Shown here: piece by piece, positions 9,535-19,027 of the stretch
Layout of the letters: every line of letters begins with the position of its first letter
Numbering within the stretch: position 1 is the stretch's first letter
IMG/VR virus record: IMGVR_UViG_3300028486_000080
Span: 16,199-80,198 of that record
DNA: 64,000 bases
DNA from: a virus
Lineage: Duplodnaviria > Heunggongvirae > Uroviricota > Caudoviricetes
Reading direction: 5' to 3' (one strand)
Program-made: the position numbers and the translations under genes
The notes under the pieces: model-generated
Databases searched by the model: none
What the model saw: the letters and a program-made list of their open reading frames with translations, nothing else
What the model was told of the DNA's origin: nothing

Positions 9535-9817
9535 CTGATAACTCTTTCCGCAAAGTCTTGAGGGAAATGCCAAGATCGGCACATGCTTCGGACATACTCA
9601 GTCTCTTGTTTACCTTAATCTTCACATAGGCGTCAAGTGCTTCTTGGTCAGTTATCTTGCGTCTGCGACCCTGTGGACCCTGCTTGTCCAGTTCACGCAG
9701 CTTGCGCCGTACGGCTCCAACACCTTTGTCCACAGCCTCAGCGATCTCCTGAGCGAACGCGCCGCTCTCGGACATCGCGGTTAGTACTTCTATCTGACGC
9801 TGGGACCACTGAGACAT
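9467..9817 (-). CDS. tandem helix-turn-helix DNA-binding protein; N-terminus resembles GcrA/Myb-type HTH
   Basis: WSQRQIEVL...G..AQEIAEAV....AVRRKLREL plus a second HTH, SMSEACADLGISLKTLRKEL. Confidence 0.6.
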   Translation of the reverse strand: MSQWSQRQIEVLTAMSESGAFAQEIAEAVDKGVGAVRRKLRELDKQGPQGRRRKITDQEALDAYVKIKVNKRLSMSEACADLGISLKTLRKELSDVQDRYDGNRKRILDAATGGDR

Positions 9818-9821
9818 TTAT

Positions 9822-10049
9822 CTACCCGGTGTAGCAGCCGATGGTGCAGCCGTAACGGTCCCAATGTCGTTGCTCAGCGAATGCGTCACCGATCTGCTTG
9901 AGTTCATCACTCAGCGCGCGGGCGTCATCCAAGCTAAAAATGTTCGGGCGCTCAATGAGCGAGTGGAGCTTCCACAGCACTTCTTGCGCGCGCTCGTGGT
10001 CTGCCGCCTTCCAGTCTTTTAGAATTCGAGGGAAGAGGTGGTCACTCAT
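9822..10049 (-). CDS. hypothetical protein
   Basis: 75 aa ORF, in operon, GAGGAG RBS. Confidence 0.6.
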   Translation of the reverse strand: MSDHLFPRILKDWKAADHERAQEVLWKLHSLIERPNIFSLDDARALSDELKQIGDAFAEQRHWDRYGCTIGCYTG

Positions 10050-10061
10050 GTCTATAACTCC

Positions 10062-11666
10062 TCACATTTGATCCGCGAAGAATTTACCGCCGCTCATGTT
10101 GATCAGTGTGCGGTTACCGTTTGGGTATACGATGTCGTGCGTATGTGCCCATGAGCTTGGACCGTTGTTATATCCTAGGTCCATCTTCGATGACGTACCT
10201 ACAACATGCAGCCCGCTCTCGATAGCCGGGGAGTGCGTGTGACCAATCGTGGCTTTCTCGGTCACTCCTACGAACGCGATCTTCGATCCTCGCCGTCCGT
10301 TGGGACCAAAGTGCCCGTGCCACCCGCACTCTACGTTCATAATCTCATAGCTCTCATCACTGAGCAAGAATCTAATCTCATCTGTCTCCGTGACGTATTC
10401 CGTGTTGTCATACACTCCGCACATGTGCTCCATAGCTAGTTCTAGCAACGAAAACTTTGTACCGGCGCGCATCATATCGATCACCGCCAGTTTAAGGCGA
10501 TAGAAGGTTTCGATGTTATCGAAATCCTCCATTCGACATGGGTCAAACTTCAACAACCACTTCTCGATGAAAGCATCGTGGTTGCTATCGACCACAATAT
10601 TTTCTTCCGCGAGTGTGGCTACGAAGCGCGTAAATTTGATGACCTTATTGAAGTCACCCGCGACGCGGTTCTCACCTTTTGCCCAGCGACCCAAACGGTG
10701 GAAGAGGTTCTGAAGTTCATGATAGTTGCCCGCTGTGAAGTCCATTAGGTCATGAAAAACTTGAGTATACGGGCGTAGTTCTTCAACCAAAGTTCGCGTA
10801 GGAACTTTCATTCGTAGCGAAGGGTCAACCGTGTAGCCCCACGTCGCCATCGCCACTTCAGGATCAAGCTGTTCAGCGTGAATATCTCCGTAGATCAACC
10901 CCGCAACACCTTCGTGGGGACGTATCTCTGCATCAGAGATATGATATCCAAGATCGTAGAACTCACCATCGATCTCGTTAGTAGGGGTCAAGTGGCGAAA
11001 CCACACACCATCCTTGGATACCTCGACGATCAATGCGCCATGCATGTGATCAAAGTGTGCGCGGAATCCTGCCTTGGTAGGACTATAGTGCGGATGGGTC
11101 ACGGCGCCTGTGGTCATGATCCACTTAGCCGGGCGATCCTTGTGTGTAGGGACCGTCTCAGCCGCGATCTTGGTGTGCGGAAACACCGCCCACTGACGTT
11201 TGGTATAGGTGCGCAGACCATTGAGCGGCTTGCTCATGGTAGCGGTAAGGTTAAGCTCTGGGGAGTAACGAATCTTGTCGTCGATCTCGATGGGCTCATT
11301 GCTGAGGTACGGGATCACTTCATCCGCAAACTTCCCCTCTTCGAGCTTAGCGTAACGCTGACGGCTGGTGCTAGTCAGGGCACCGATGATTAGCTCGGCG
11401 CCAGTGAACGCCGCGTATGCCTTCAAATTCTCCAGGAAGTCGGCATGAACCGGAGCACCTTTGACGGCACAGGTGAAGATGTAACGCTTGATCTCCCTGC
11501 CACGGATAGGGGCTACGCGAGGCTCCTGCATATGGCGGATCGCCTCTAGGGCAGAACGCTCCTGAGCAAGGCGGTCGAAGAAGGTCGAGCGGGGGATATT
11601 AAGCGCGTCGGCTGCCTTGCGGACAGAGCCGTACTTAGCCAATGCCTTGGAACATTCATCTGACAT
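10062..11666 (-). CDS. N-terminal HTH fused to a calcineurin-like metallophosphoesterase domain
   Basis: SVRKAADALNIPRSTFFDRL HTH; GDIH, HDLMD, SNHD, HGH, GHTHS metal-binding motifs. Confidence 0.7.
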   Translation of the reverse strand: MSDECSKALAKYGSVRKAADALNIPRSTFFDRLAQERSALEAIRHMQEPRVAPIRGREIKRYIFTCAVKGAPVHADFLENLKAYAAFTGAELIIGALTSTSRQRYAKLEEGKFADEVIPYLSNEPIEIDDKIRYSPELNLTATMSKPLNGLRTYTKRQWAVFPHTKIAAETVPTHKDRPAKWIMTTGAVTHPHYSPTKAGFRAHFDHMHGALIVEVSKDGVWFRHLTPTNEIDGEFYDLGYHISDAEIRPHEGVAGLIYGDIHAEQLDPEVAMATWGYTVDPSLRMKVPTRTLVEELRPYTQVFHDLMDFTAGNYHELQNLFHRLGRWAKGENRVAGDFNKVIKFTRFVATLAEENIVVDSNHDAFIEKWLLKFDPCRMEDFDNIETFYRLKLAVIDMMRAGTKFSLLELAMEHMCGVYDNTEYVTETDEIRFLLSDESYEIMNVECGWHGHFGPNGRRGSKIAFVGVTEKATIGHTHSPAIESGLHVVGTSSKMDLGYNNGPSSWAHTHDIVYPNGNRTLINMSGGKFFADQM

Positions 11667-11757
11667 AGCAACCTACAAGTTAACCTTAATGGTCTTTGTT
11701 TATAGACCATAATCGGTTGCCGTGTCAAGCAGTAAGGTTAATTAGATTGGACTTATA

Positions 11758-12255
11758 TCAATCTCGGCGCGGACCCACCTCGAACTCCCATGGCTCCCCT
11801 AAGGGACCGATGGACATGCACCGTAAATGGTCGGCTACCTCACCGCCGCATAGTTCTCCTTCGGAGGGATGTATGATATAGGATCGGCGGAAGCCCCCCT
11901 TGAGGGGTAGATACCCGCTGGAGACCAACCAAGACTCACGGGTGTCAAGGTCAAAGCGCTCATCTAGCGCTTCCTGGTAAGCTGTGATGTAGTTAGCATC
12001 GATCAACTCTCCCAGATGTTTTTCGAGACGAGCATCGTCTACCGGGTCTCGCTCTTCTTCCGGTCGCTCCAAGAGTTTGCGTATGGGTGGCGCAACCGGA
12101 AACAGCATAGCGATAGCGTCACGATTGATGATGACGAGATCGGCAGGCGTGTTAAAGTATGGTGCGCCCGCGTAGTGTAGTGTGCCTATCTTACAGACGG
12201 TACCCTCTATTACCCGCAGTTTCGTCTCGCCAACGACGCGTATAATATTTCCCAT
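11758..12255 (-). CDS. hypothetical protein
   Basis: 165 aa ORF with GAGGG RBS. Confidence 0.6.
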   Translation of the reverse strand: MGNIIRVVGETKLRVIEGTVCKIGTLHYAGAPYFNTPADLVIINRDAIAMLFPVAPPIRKLLERPEEERDPVDDARLEKHLGELIDANYITAYQEALDERFDLDTRESWLVSSGYLPLKGGFRRSYIIHPSEGELCGGEVADHLRCMSIGPLGEPWEFEVGPRRD

Positions 12256-12267
12256 CCCTCAGTCCTT

Positions 12268-13053
12268 TTATTTGCGGATAGTGACGTAGGGACTAAACCC
12301 CATTCGCCGTAGCTCCTTTATTGCGAACTCATACTCTTCCTGACTGCGCACCACATCATGCACATAGACGGGTAGACCACTCGCCTTAGCGAGCGTGAGT
12401 AGCGCGCGAGTCTTTGAGTAGTTGGGAGCCGATATGCGCTCGCCCTGGGTCGAGTAGAGTAACTGGGTTTGAGCGACGCCTGCAAGCACATTCCGCGCCG
12501 GCTCGTCGTAGATCAACTCTCCTGCGTTTTCTGCAACGATCATAAATGATTCGTTACCTTGACTCTTAGCATACTCGCTGACACCGCGGATGAACTGTCC
12601 CATGTCCTGATGCGCGGTGGTGCGCACCTTCGTGTGGATCGTATACAGTCCTACGCCTGCTAGGTACACACCATCGAACTGCGCGCGGATAGCCTTCAGC
12701 ACCAAGTCATAGACTTTAGTCTGCCACTCTCGATTCCAGAACTGAACAGGGTGACCCAACTCGAAAGTGGAGTATCTTGACATCCATGGTGGAGGAGACT
12801 GTCGCCAGTTCGCTTTCCAATAGGGACGGTGGTCTTCCGCCAGCGCCACATTGATGTGTGCCAGCACCTTGTGCTTCCCATTGGCTTTCATGGTGCGCAC
12901 TTCAGGCACTTGCCAGAACGCCGAGTTGTCGTTCTCGATGTCGATAACGATCAAATGCTCCTCGCGCTCAGCGATCCCCCGCGGAGTTGCATGTTGAAGA
13001 CACATAAACCAAGAGTGTAGCGTCGTTTGGTCCCGCGCAGGCGTGAGCAACAT
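12268..13053 (-). CDS. GH114/TM1410 (PelA-N-like) TIM-barrel protein, catalytic acids apparently lost
   Basis: VLAHINVALAEDHRPYW, FDGVYLAGVGLY, IVAENAGEL, GVAQTQLLY, LPVYVHD align by eye to GH114 motifs. Confidence 0.55.
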   Translation of the reverse strand: MLLTPARDQTTLHSWFMCLQHATPRGIAEREEHLIVIDIENDNSAFWQVPEVRTMKANGKHKVLAHINVALAEDHRPYWKANWRQSPPPWMSRYSTFELGHPVQFWNREWQTKVYDLVLKAIRAQFDGVYLAGVGLYTIHTKVRTTAHQDMGQFIRGVSEYAKSQGNESFMIVAENAGELIYDEPARNVLAGVAQTQLLYSTQGERISAPNYSKTRALLTLAKASGLPVYVHDVVRSQEEYEFAIKELRRMGFSPYVTIRK

Positions 13054-13658
13054 CAGTTCAGCACCATTTTTACCGAGCTACCATCGCTCGCCTTTGTCTG
13101 ATCTTTCGGGACAAGGAACTCCCGCAGTTTTGAATCGCACTGAGTGCGGAACCACCACAGGGCAGCGGTGTTGAGTGCTGGATACTCGATGGGTGGAGCT
13201 TGTTTGACGCAAGTCAACAGCGCTATCGGTAAGACGCTCCCGTCTTCGTTCGGCATCGCCATGACGGCGACGTGGATATCTGGCGACATCCCTGCCCAAA
13301 TCTTCTTACGGATGAGTAGGAGCATCTGAGGTACCATGTCCTCAACCCGCCGCCACTCTTCGACGAACTCAACCATCAAAGATTTGTAGTCCGTCAGGAT
13401 GACAGGGTTGTCAGGATCACCCTCCAGCGCTTGCTTGTAGATGTCGCCTACCTGAGCGCAGAGACGTTCATCACACTCGAAGGCGATACCAACATGGAAC
13501 GAAGTAAGCGAAGGCATCAGTGTGATGGATCGCGGGATGTTGTCGCGGGATGTTAGTTTGGCTACTGCTACCCCGTTAAACGGTCGGTCTCCAAAAACCT
13601 TATCATAGCGGACCATTTGGGCTTCATCGTCGATGATCGTCCGTTCGTAAGACATCAA
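13053..13658 (-). CDS. hypothetical protein
   Basis: 201 aa ORF translationally coupled on both sides. Confidence 0.65.
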   Translation of the reverse strand: MMSYERTIIDDEAQMVRYDKVFGDRPFNGVAVAKLTSRDNIPRSITLMPSLTSFHVGIAFECDERLCAQVGDIYKQALEGDPDNPVILTDYKSLMVEFVEEWRRVEDMVPQMLLLIRKKIWAGMSPDIHVAVMAMPNEDGSVLPIALLTCVKQAPPIEYPALNTAALWWFRTQCDSKLREFLVPKDQTKASDGSSVKMVLN

Positions 13659-15340
13659 AGCTCCATGGTGTCAGCGATGTATTTCATCTTGCGAACCGCA
13701 GTGTCATAGATGATAGCATCAAACGACTTGTTCGCACAGAGGTAGTCTACAAAGCAAGGTTGGTTCTGCGTGATACGGTGAATGCGCTTGCGCGCCTGGA
13801 TCAGGGCTGTACCTTGCCAGTCCATTTCCGCAAAACACAAGTAGGAACTTCGAGTTAACGTTACACCCTCACCGGCTGCATGGATGTTACCGAAGAACCA
13901 GTTCACCTTACCCTCCTGGAACATCTTGCACATGTCTGTGCGCGCGGAGGCTTTCATGCCGCCCATTACGTAGGCATGGTCGGGGAACGCCTCACGCAGC
14001 TTGTCGAGCACGTCACGATGGTAGGCGAACACAACAGTAGGGATTTGTCCGTCGTCGGTCTTGTCCTTCAGGAAGTCAATCACGCTTGGCAGCTTAGCCA
14101 ACGCGGTCATCTTGCGAAGGATGGCGAACATCGAGAACATCGGCATGTACTCGGGTTTACCTATCAACTTCGAGTTCTCGATCAGCGTCTCACCCAACAA
14201 CAGCAGCCACTCAGTTCGCGTCGTAGCTGTCTTGCCGGTCTCTTTGCTGAGCATACGCAAGGCATCCATGTTCTCTTCGAGGAAGTTATCCTCCTCATCC
14301 AGGATCACTTGCACTTCCGGTAGCAAGAACACGTTCTCAGTGAGCGGCGGCAGATCAGGAAGAACCTCCGAAACTTTGTGGCGCACCATGAAGCGCGAGC
14401 GCATGAGTGCACCAAGCTCTTCAAGGTTTGAGGCGCCGTTGATGTCCTTACCATAAACGGTCTGGTAGGCTTCGCAGTAACGATCATGGAAGTAGTTCTG
14501 GTCGTGCCCCAACCCAAGCGGGTCACAAGCGTGGACTATGGACCACAAATCCTTAGGACGGTTCATCGGTGTGGCGGTGGCGAAGATGCGCTTGTCTGCC
14601 TTGATCTCTGGGACGTAGAAGACTTCCTTCTTGCCGGGCTCCAGCGTGGCGCCAAGTTCTGCGGCAGCCTCAGGCTTCATGCGCACGCGCCCACCGAGCA
14701 CAGCCTGAGTGCGCCCTGCTGATGAGTTTTTGATTTTGTGGGACTCGTCACAGATTAACACATCCCAACGTCGGTTGTGGATCGTGCGCAGATGACGGTC
14801 GATAATGTCATAGTTGATGATGACTAGATCAGTGTCAGGGAAGTCATCACCCTCAGCAACGCCTACCGTCATGTCTGGCTGGGAAGTCCACATAGGCCAC
14901 TCGATCAGCGCCCAATTGTACTTCACCGTCGCGGGGCAGATCACGAATACGCTACGGGCGTTAAGCTTATTAATTGTGTTTATGCAGATGGCAGTCTTTC
15001 CTAGACCAGCTTCCTCCGCAAGGAGTGTGGAGTGGCGCTCTAGGATGAACTCGACGGCTGCCTTTTGAAACGGCATGAGTTCCTTGCCGCTTGCGGTGGG
15101 CGGTAACGTAAACCCTTCACTCGGAAAGCGGGAGCATGACTTCGCTACATCGGCGCGCGTCTTCGCCACGATGGCGTGCAGTTTCGGTTCAAGGAAATCG
15201 ATGAAGTCTACAAGCTTGAGAGGTTCTTTAGTGTAATAGATGTCACCATCACGCGTCCACCCAGCTTTGAAGAGCATAGGCGCATAGGGCTCACTAGCTG
15301 AGGCTTGGAACCTCTTCCAATTCGCGTTGAAGGTGATCAT
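13655..15340 (-). CDS. SNF2-family (HARP-like) helicase
   Basis: LMPFQ, LLAEEAGLGKT, ICPATVKYNW, DESHKIKN, ATATP, AAGEGVTL, QARKRIHRITQ. Confidence 0.9.
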   Translation of the reverse strand: MITFNANWKRFQASASEPYAPMLFKAGWTRDGDIYYTKEPLKLVDFIDFLEPKLHAIVAKTRADVAKSCSRFPSEGFTLPPTASGKELMPFQKAAVEFILERHSTLLAEEAGLGKTAICINTINKLNARSVFVICPATVKYNWALIEWPMWTSQPDMTVGVAEGDDFPDTDLVIINYDIIDRHLRTIHNRRWDVLICDESHKIKNSSAGRTQAVLGGRVRMKPEAAAELGATLEPGKKEVFYVPEIKADKRIFATATPMNRPKDLWSIVHACDPLGLGHDQNYFHDRYCEAYQTVYGKDINGASNLEELGALMRSRFMVRHKVSEVLPDLPPLTENVFLLPEVQVILDEEDNFLEENMDALRMLSKETGKTATTRTEWLLLLGETLIENSKLIGKPEYMPMFSMFAILRKMTALAKLPSVIDFLKDKTDDGQIPTVVFAYHRDVLDKLREAFPDHAYVMGGMKASARTDMCKMFQEGKVNWFFGNIHAAGEGVTLTRSSYLCFAEMDWQGTALIQARKRIHRITQNQPCFVDYLCANKSFDAIIYDTAVRKMKYIADTMEL

Positions 15341-15343
15341 GGC

Positions 15344-15802
15344 TCACTTGAAGAGCCCTTCCGGCTCGCTCTCTATTACGCTAGCGATATCCATGAATGG
15401 CACTTTGAAGTCATTCAGTTCTGCTAGAGACAGCATTTTGCGGCGCTCTGGATGGCGCATTCCGTTGTTGCTCAGAACCATATCAATCTGCTTTGCAAGT
15501 AGAGGATTTTTGTCTCGCAGATCAGCGTATGAAAACGTACCGGTATCGGTTCTGAAACCCACCCAAGCTTGCGCGACTTCAGTAAGGGTTGTGCTATTTT
15601 TATCCCGCCCGTATTCGAGTACTTCCCCCTGTGGTATTTTTGCCCAGGAAGCGGCTGGAGACTTTGGGCAAATCTTTGATATCACTCCCAAGCAGCAATC
15701 ACACTCGCCCTGCTCTTTCGTCTTTAGAGTGAGAAAATCCGTGCATTGTGTGTATGCCCCAGACCGTAGAGCCTCAATCGCTTGCTTAGCTGCTCTCTTC
15801 AT
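15344..15802 (-). CDS. hypothetical phage protein
   Basis: Start at MKRAAK overlaps the upstream stop; CDCCLGV motif. Confidence 0.6.
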   Translation of the reverse strand: MKRAAKQAIEALRSGAYTQCTDFLTLKTKEQGECDCCLGVISKICPKSPAASWAKIPQGEVLEYGRDKNSTTLTEVAQAWVGFRTDTGTFSYADLRDKNPLLAKQIDMVLSNNGMRHPERRKMLSLAELNDFKVPFMDIASVIESEPEGLFK

Positions 15803-16184
15803 CTTTCTTTTCCCTGGTAATATCGAATTCGACTGAAGCGATATAAAGCTCCCCCGGAACATAATGAACGAAAAGTTTCGTATCCACAAGCATTTTGTTA
15901 TTTGATGCTAAACGCTTCACGCGAGAATAGAACGCTGAGAAGGTTTTTATCTCACCTAACTTGAGGCAAAGATCGAGCATCGCCTGTTCAGCCTTTTCAG
16001 GGATACTGTATATGTATAGTGCCCCCTCCTGATGAGTCTTCACAGACTTTAACGGAAATTGCCCAAGGAGCGATAAATGCGGTATCAACTCCTCTACTTC
16101 GTCCGTGTTCAGCATGTAGCTGAGTTCGATTGAGTCCAGTAGACTCTTCCGCCCCGAGAGTTGTGACATCTTATCAACTTCCAT
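15786..16184 (-). CDS. hypothetical protein
   Basis: 132 aa ORF in operon. Confidence 0.55.
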   Translation of the reverse strand: MEVDKMSQLSGRKSLLDSIELSYMLNTDEVEELIPHLSLLGQFPLKSVKTHQEGALYIYSIPEKAEQAMLDLCLKLGEIKTFSAFYSRVKRLASNNKMLVDTKLFVHYVPGELYIASVEFDITREKKDEESS

Positions 16185-16236
16185 GTGTGAACCTCAGACA
16201 TTAACCTTAACAACATGGGGGCAATTGAACATCGTG

Positions 16237-16818
16237 TCAATGGGGACCATACATAATAATTGGTGGCTTGCTCGGCACCTTGGACCAGTCCCAAATGTAC
16301 CAAGCGTGATTCTCGCTGGGAGAAGCCTTGCAATCGGGGTTATCGAACCAGACAACACGCTTGTTGAGGACGATCTTGCCAAACCAAGCCGGATGCTCAC
16401 CGAAGATGTCTGCTCGCGTTTTGGCGCTGTCGAAGTCCACACGCATGAGCATAGCCACCAGACCATTAGATTCCTTCGTATATGCGAGCGCTCGATCAAT
16501 AAAAGCCCGAATCAAATCCTTACGATATGGCGGATTAGTGATTATGGCATCCCAACCTGCATCGTAACCAACGCATGTTAGGAAGTCCGTCTGATAGTCA
16601 TCGCGGATGTCAGTGCCTAAAGTGTGAGCATGTGGGAACTGATCCTTGAGGACGTTCAGCATCGCGTGGTCGCCGCACGCTGGTTCCCAAATCTTAACAT
16701 CTTGCTTGTTTAGGTAACCTAAATTCTTAAGCTTAACGCATAGCAGTTCCGTGCACCAAACGGGTGTTGGGTAGAAATCACTCTCACGGCGCTCGAACTC
16801 TGATTTACGTTGAGCCAT
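16237..16818 (-). CDS. phage N6-adenine DNA methyltransferase, short NPPY type
   Basis: DFYPTP, IWEPACGD, IITNPPY. Confidence 0.85.
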   Translation of the reverse strand: MAQRKSEFERRESDFYPTPVWCTELLCVKLKNLGYLNKQDVKIWEPACGDHAMLNVLKDQFPHAHTLGTDIRDDYQTDFLTCVGYDAGWDAIITNPPYRKDLIRAFIDRALAYTKESNGLVAMLMRVDFDSAKTRADIFGEHPAWFGKIVLNKRVVWFDNPDCKASPSENHAWYIWDWSKVPSKPPIIMYGPH

Positions 16819-16820
16819 TG

Positions 16821-17009
16821 TTACTTACCTAGCTCGACGATCAGCAAGACAACGAATGTCACGCCCAGGAACAGAAGGAACAGGGCGAGCGGGAGCCAGA
16901 ATGGGGCAAGCACCCACACCCATGACCAAGCAATACTGCCGGTCAATTTGAGAGTGATGAAAATCAACCCGAGAATGCTCAGGAAAGGAAGCGGAAGCTT
17001 GATGGTCAT
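16821..17009 (-). CDS. small two-helix membrane protein
   Basis: ILGLIFITLKLTGSIAWSWVWVLAPFWLP, a recurrent phage membrane protein pattern. Confidence 0.7.
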   Translation of the reverse strand: MTIKLPLPFLSILGLIFITLKLTGSIAWSWVWVLAPFWLPLALFLLFLGVTFVVLLIVELGK

Positions 17010-17038
17010 TGGTAATCCTCCACGTTAAGGTAAACAAC

Positions 17039-17245
17039 TTACCTTAATTCGTTGAGCCGTGCAACAAGAAAAACTTCCGCATCCTCTAAAAGCGCGTGGG
17101 CGCGTACCTCATTGCGCACGCCCTTGATCGGAGTAAACTCACGACGCGCCATGCGGACGCTGTTCAGCACCGCTGCGAGGAGGACAGCGCGCTCAGCGCG
17201 ATCCTGCTCTTCTTCGTGCTCATAACATGAGTCATAGTGTCCCAT
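17039..17245 (-). CDS. hypothetical protein
   Basis: Start MGHYDSCYE overlaps the RtcB stop. Confidence 0.55.
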   Translation of the reverse strand: MGHYDSCYEHEEEQDRAERAVLLAAVLNSVRMARREFTPIKGVRNEVRAHALLEDAEVFLVARLNELR

Positions 17246-18626
17246 TGTCAACCTTCTTCTTGTTGCGCCATGGCTCATAGTAAGCTCCCGCCATGATGCA
17301 CCCATACGGCTGCACTATGTCGATCACCGCGCACAACCCATACTTGTCGATCTGCGCGCGCACCTTGTTGGCGTCCTTGTACGCCCCAGGAAGTTCTGAC
17401 GCATCGGGACGCCCAGAGTAGAAGCGCACGTCCAATCCCTGGGTCTGCTGCGCCATCATCTGTTCCAAAGTCAGATGCGCGTTCTCCCGCATGTAATGCG
17501 TGCGCGAGTAGTTGCGCCCTGCCCCATGAGGAGAGAAGCCTAGCCCGTTAGGGGCGTCCAGCCCGCGCGTGATTAGGATCGGCTGAGCCATGTTGAGTGG
17601 GATCAATGTCAGACCGATGTCGTCGGCAGAGAACCCACGGAATGCTGGCGTCGCTCCCTTAGCGTGGAAGAAATGACCATCACGCTCGAAGACAAAGTTG
17701 TGCTCGTTCCAGAAGCGCCCAACAACTGGCGCCTTCACGAACGTCGCTACCGCTTCATGGATGGCGTAGTGGTTCTCCTTGGTCCACAGGCGCACAGCCT
17801 GGAGCGCACGCCAATACTCTTCACCCTCTTCGGTGCTGATATCGAGCCACGCGTTGTGGGGGGCCACCTCGGACGTGAGAGTCTTCGTGTAGCGCTGTGC
17901 CGCGCGCAAGCCGTCCTTGTAGAGCGCTGCTCCAGGACCACGAGAGCCGTGATGCGTGACGATAGCTGTCTCGCCCGTGGACGCCAACGTGCCCACGTAG
18001 AAGAAGTGGTTGCCGTCCCCTTGGGTACCGAAGAAGTCCTGCGCGATACGCACCAGCGGCTTGAGGAAGTTGTTGGAGGCAAACTCATCCATGACAAAAT
18101 ACGGAGGCGTCCACTGGTCACCACGTGGACGCCCACCAGGACCGAAGTGCGTGATCTTCGAACCAGCATCCAGCACATCCTTAGGCTCCACGCCCCGGAT
18201 GATAGAGATCGCCATAGAGCAACACACGTCAGCGGAGTGCATGCCAGGGTGGATCGCCTTTGACTTGACAACGCCGCCAACAGGGATCGTCCCTAGCTGA
18301 GCACCAGCCGGGCAAGCGTCAGGCATCACGGCGCCTGCTTCGACAACCGGGATGCGCATGATCTCGCGCATGTGCTGAGATACAGCCACACGGTTAGCCA
18401 CTTCGGCGTCGTTATCCGCATCTAGATTGACATGGAAGTCACGCCCCTCGGTAAGGGGCAACGACTGGACCGGCTTGGGAGCAAGACGCTGCACCATACC
18501 ACGGATGTCCTCTTCTGAGGCGCCGTAATTAGCTGCGTGTTGTGCCGTCTTGATCGCTTCCTTGAACCACGATCCTGGAGGAAATCCCCAATTGATCAGC
18601 GTCTGTCCCGTTATCTCGTTCATCAT
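17232..18626 (-). CDS. rtcB: RtcB family RNA ligase
   Basis: MPDAC, SADVCCSM, GTQGDGNHF, HHGSRG, NEHN, HAKGATP, PHGAGR, ELPGAYKD. Confidence 0.92.
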   Translation of the reverse strand: MMNEITGQTLINWGFPPGSWFKEAIKTAQHAANYGASEEDIRGMVQRLAPKPVQSLPLTEGRDFHVNLDADNDAEVANRVAVSQHMREIMRIPVVEAGAVMPDACPAGAQLGTIPVGGVVKSKAIHPGMHSADVCCSMAISIIRGVEPKDVLDAGSKITHFGPGGRPRGDQWTPPYFVMDEFASNNFLKPLVRIAQDFFGTQGDGNHFFYVGTLASTGETAIVTHHGSRGPGAALYKDGLRAAQRYTKTLTSEVAPHNAWLDISTEEGEEYWRALQAVRLWTKENHYAIHEAVATFVKAPVVGRFWNEHNFVFERDGHFFHAKGATPAFRGFSADDIGLTLIPLNMAQPILITRGLDAPNGLGFSPHGAGRNYSRTHYMRENAHLTLEQMMAQQTQGLDVRFYSGRPDASELPGAYKDANKVRAQIDKYGLCAVIDIVQPYGCIMAGAYYEPWRNKKKVDNGTL

Positions 18627-18731
18627 TCTTTTCCATCAACTTGCGGATATCGATCAGCAGGTCTTCTACGTCCCGTAAGGTGTAGAAAATGAAGAGCAAC
18701 ATCACCATGATACCCAATAGGCCAGCAGACA

Positions 18732-18965
18732 TTACGCCTTATCCCACTGCAAATTGTATGCCGCATTTGTGTAGAAGTTGTTCATTGCGTCGAGACCATG
18801 CTTATGCATGTCCAGCAATGTCTTCACGACTTCAGCGTATGCCGTATCTTTGTGATGCAGGGCATCATACTGTGTCTGAAGTTTGTCAATCTTCTGTTGC
18901 TGTTTACGGAGCGCTGCCTGCGCCTGCGGGTTTAGCGCGTTGAACACTTCTTTCTTGTCGGCCAT
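18732..18965 (-). CDS. hypothetical coiled-coil protein
   Basis: 77 aa ORF with GGAGG RBS. Confidence 0.6.
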   Translation of the reverse strand: MADKKEVFNALNPQAQAALRKQQQKIDKLQTQYDALHHKDTAYAEVVKTLLDMHKHGLDAMNNFYTNAAYNLQWDKA

Positions 18966-19027
18966 CTAGTTCCTCCAATGACGGTTACGGATCATACCGT
19001 TAACGTTACTGGATGTCAAGTCGTCTA

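Noticed and set aside
10206-11393. Plus-strand ORFs inside the metallophosphoesterase gene
   Set aside because: Shadow ORFs of a well-supported minus-strand gene.
13880-15836. Several plus-strand ORFs over the SNF2 helicase
   Set aside because: Antisense shadows.
17664-18300. Plus-strand 199-aa and 96-aa ORFs
   Set aside because: Entirely antisense to rtcB.
18529-18732. 67-aa membrane ORF upstream of rtcB
   Set aside because: Overlaps rtcB by ~98 nt; possibly real but not supportable enough to list.
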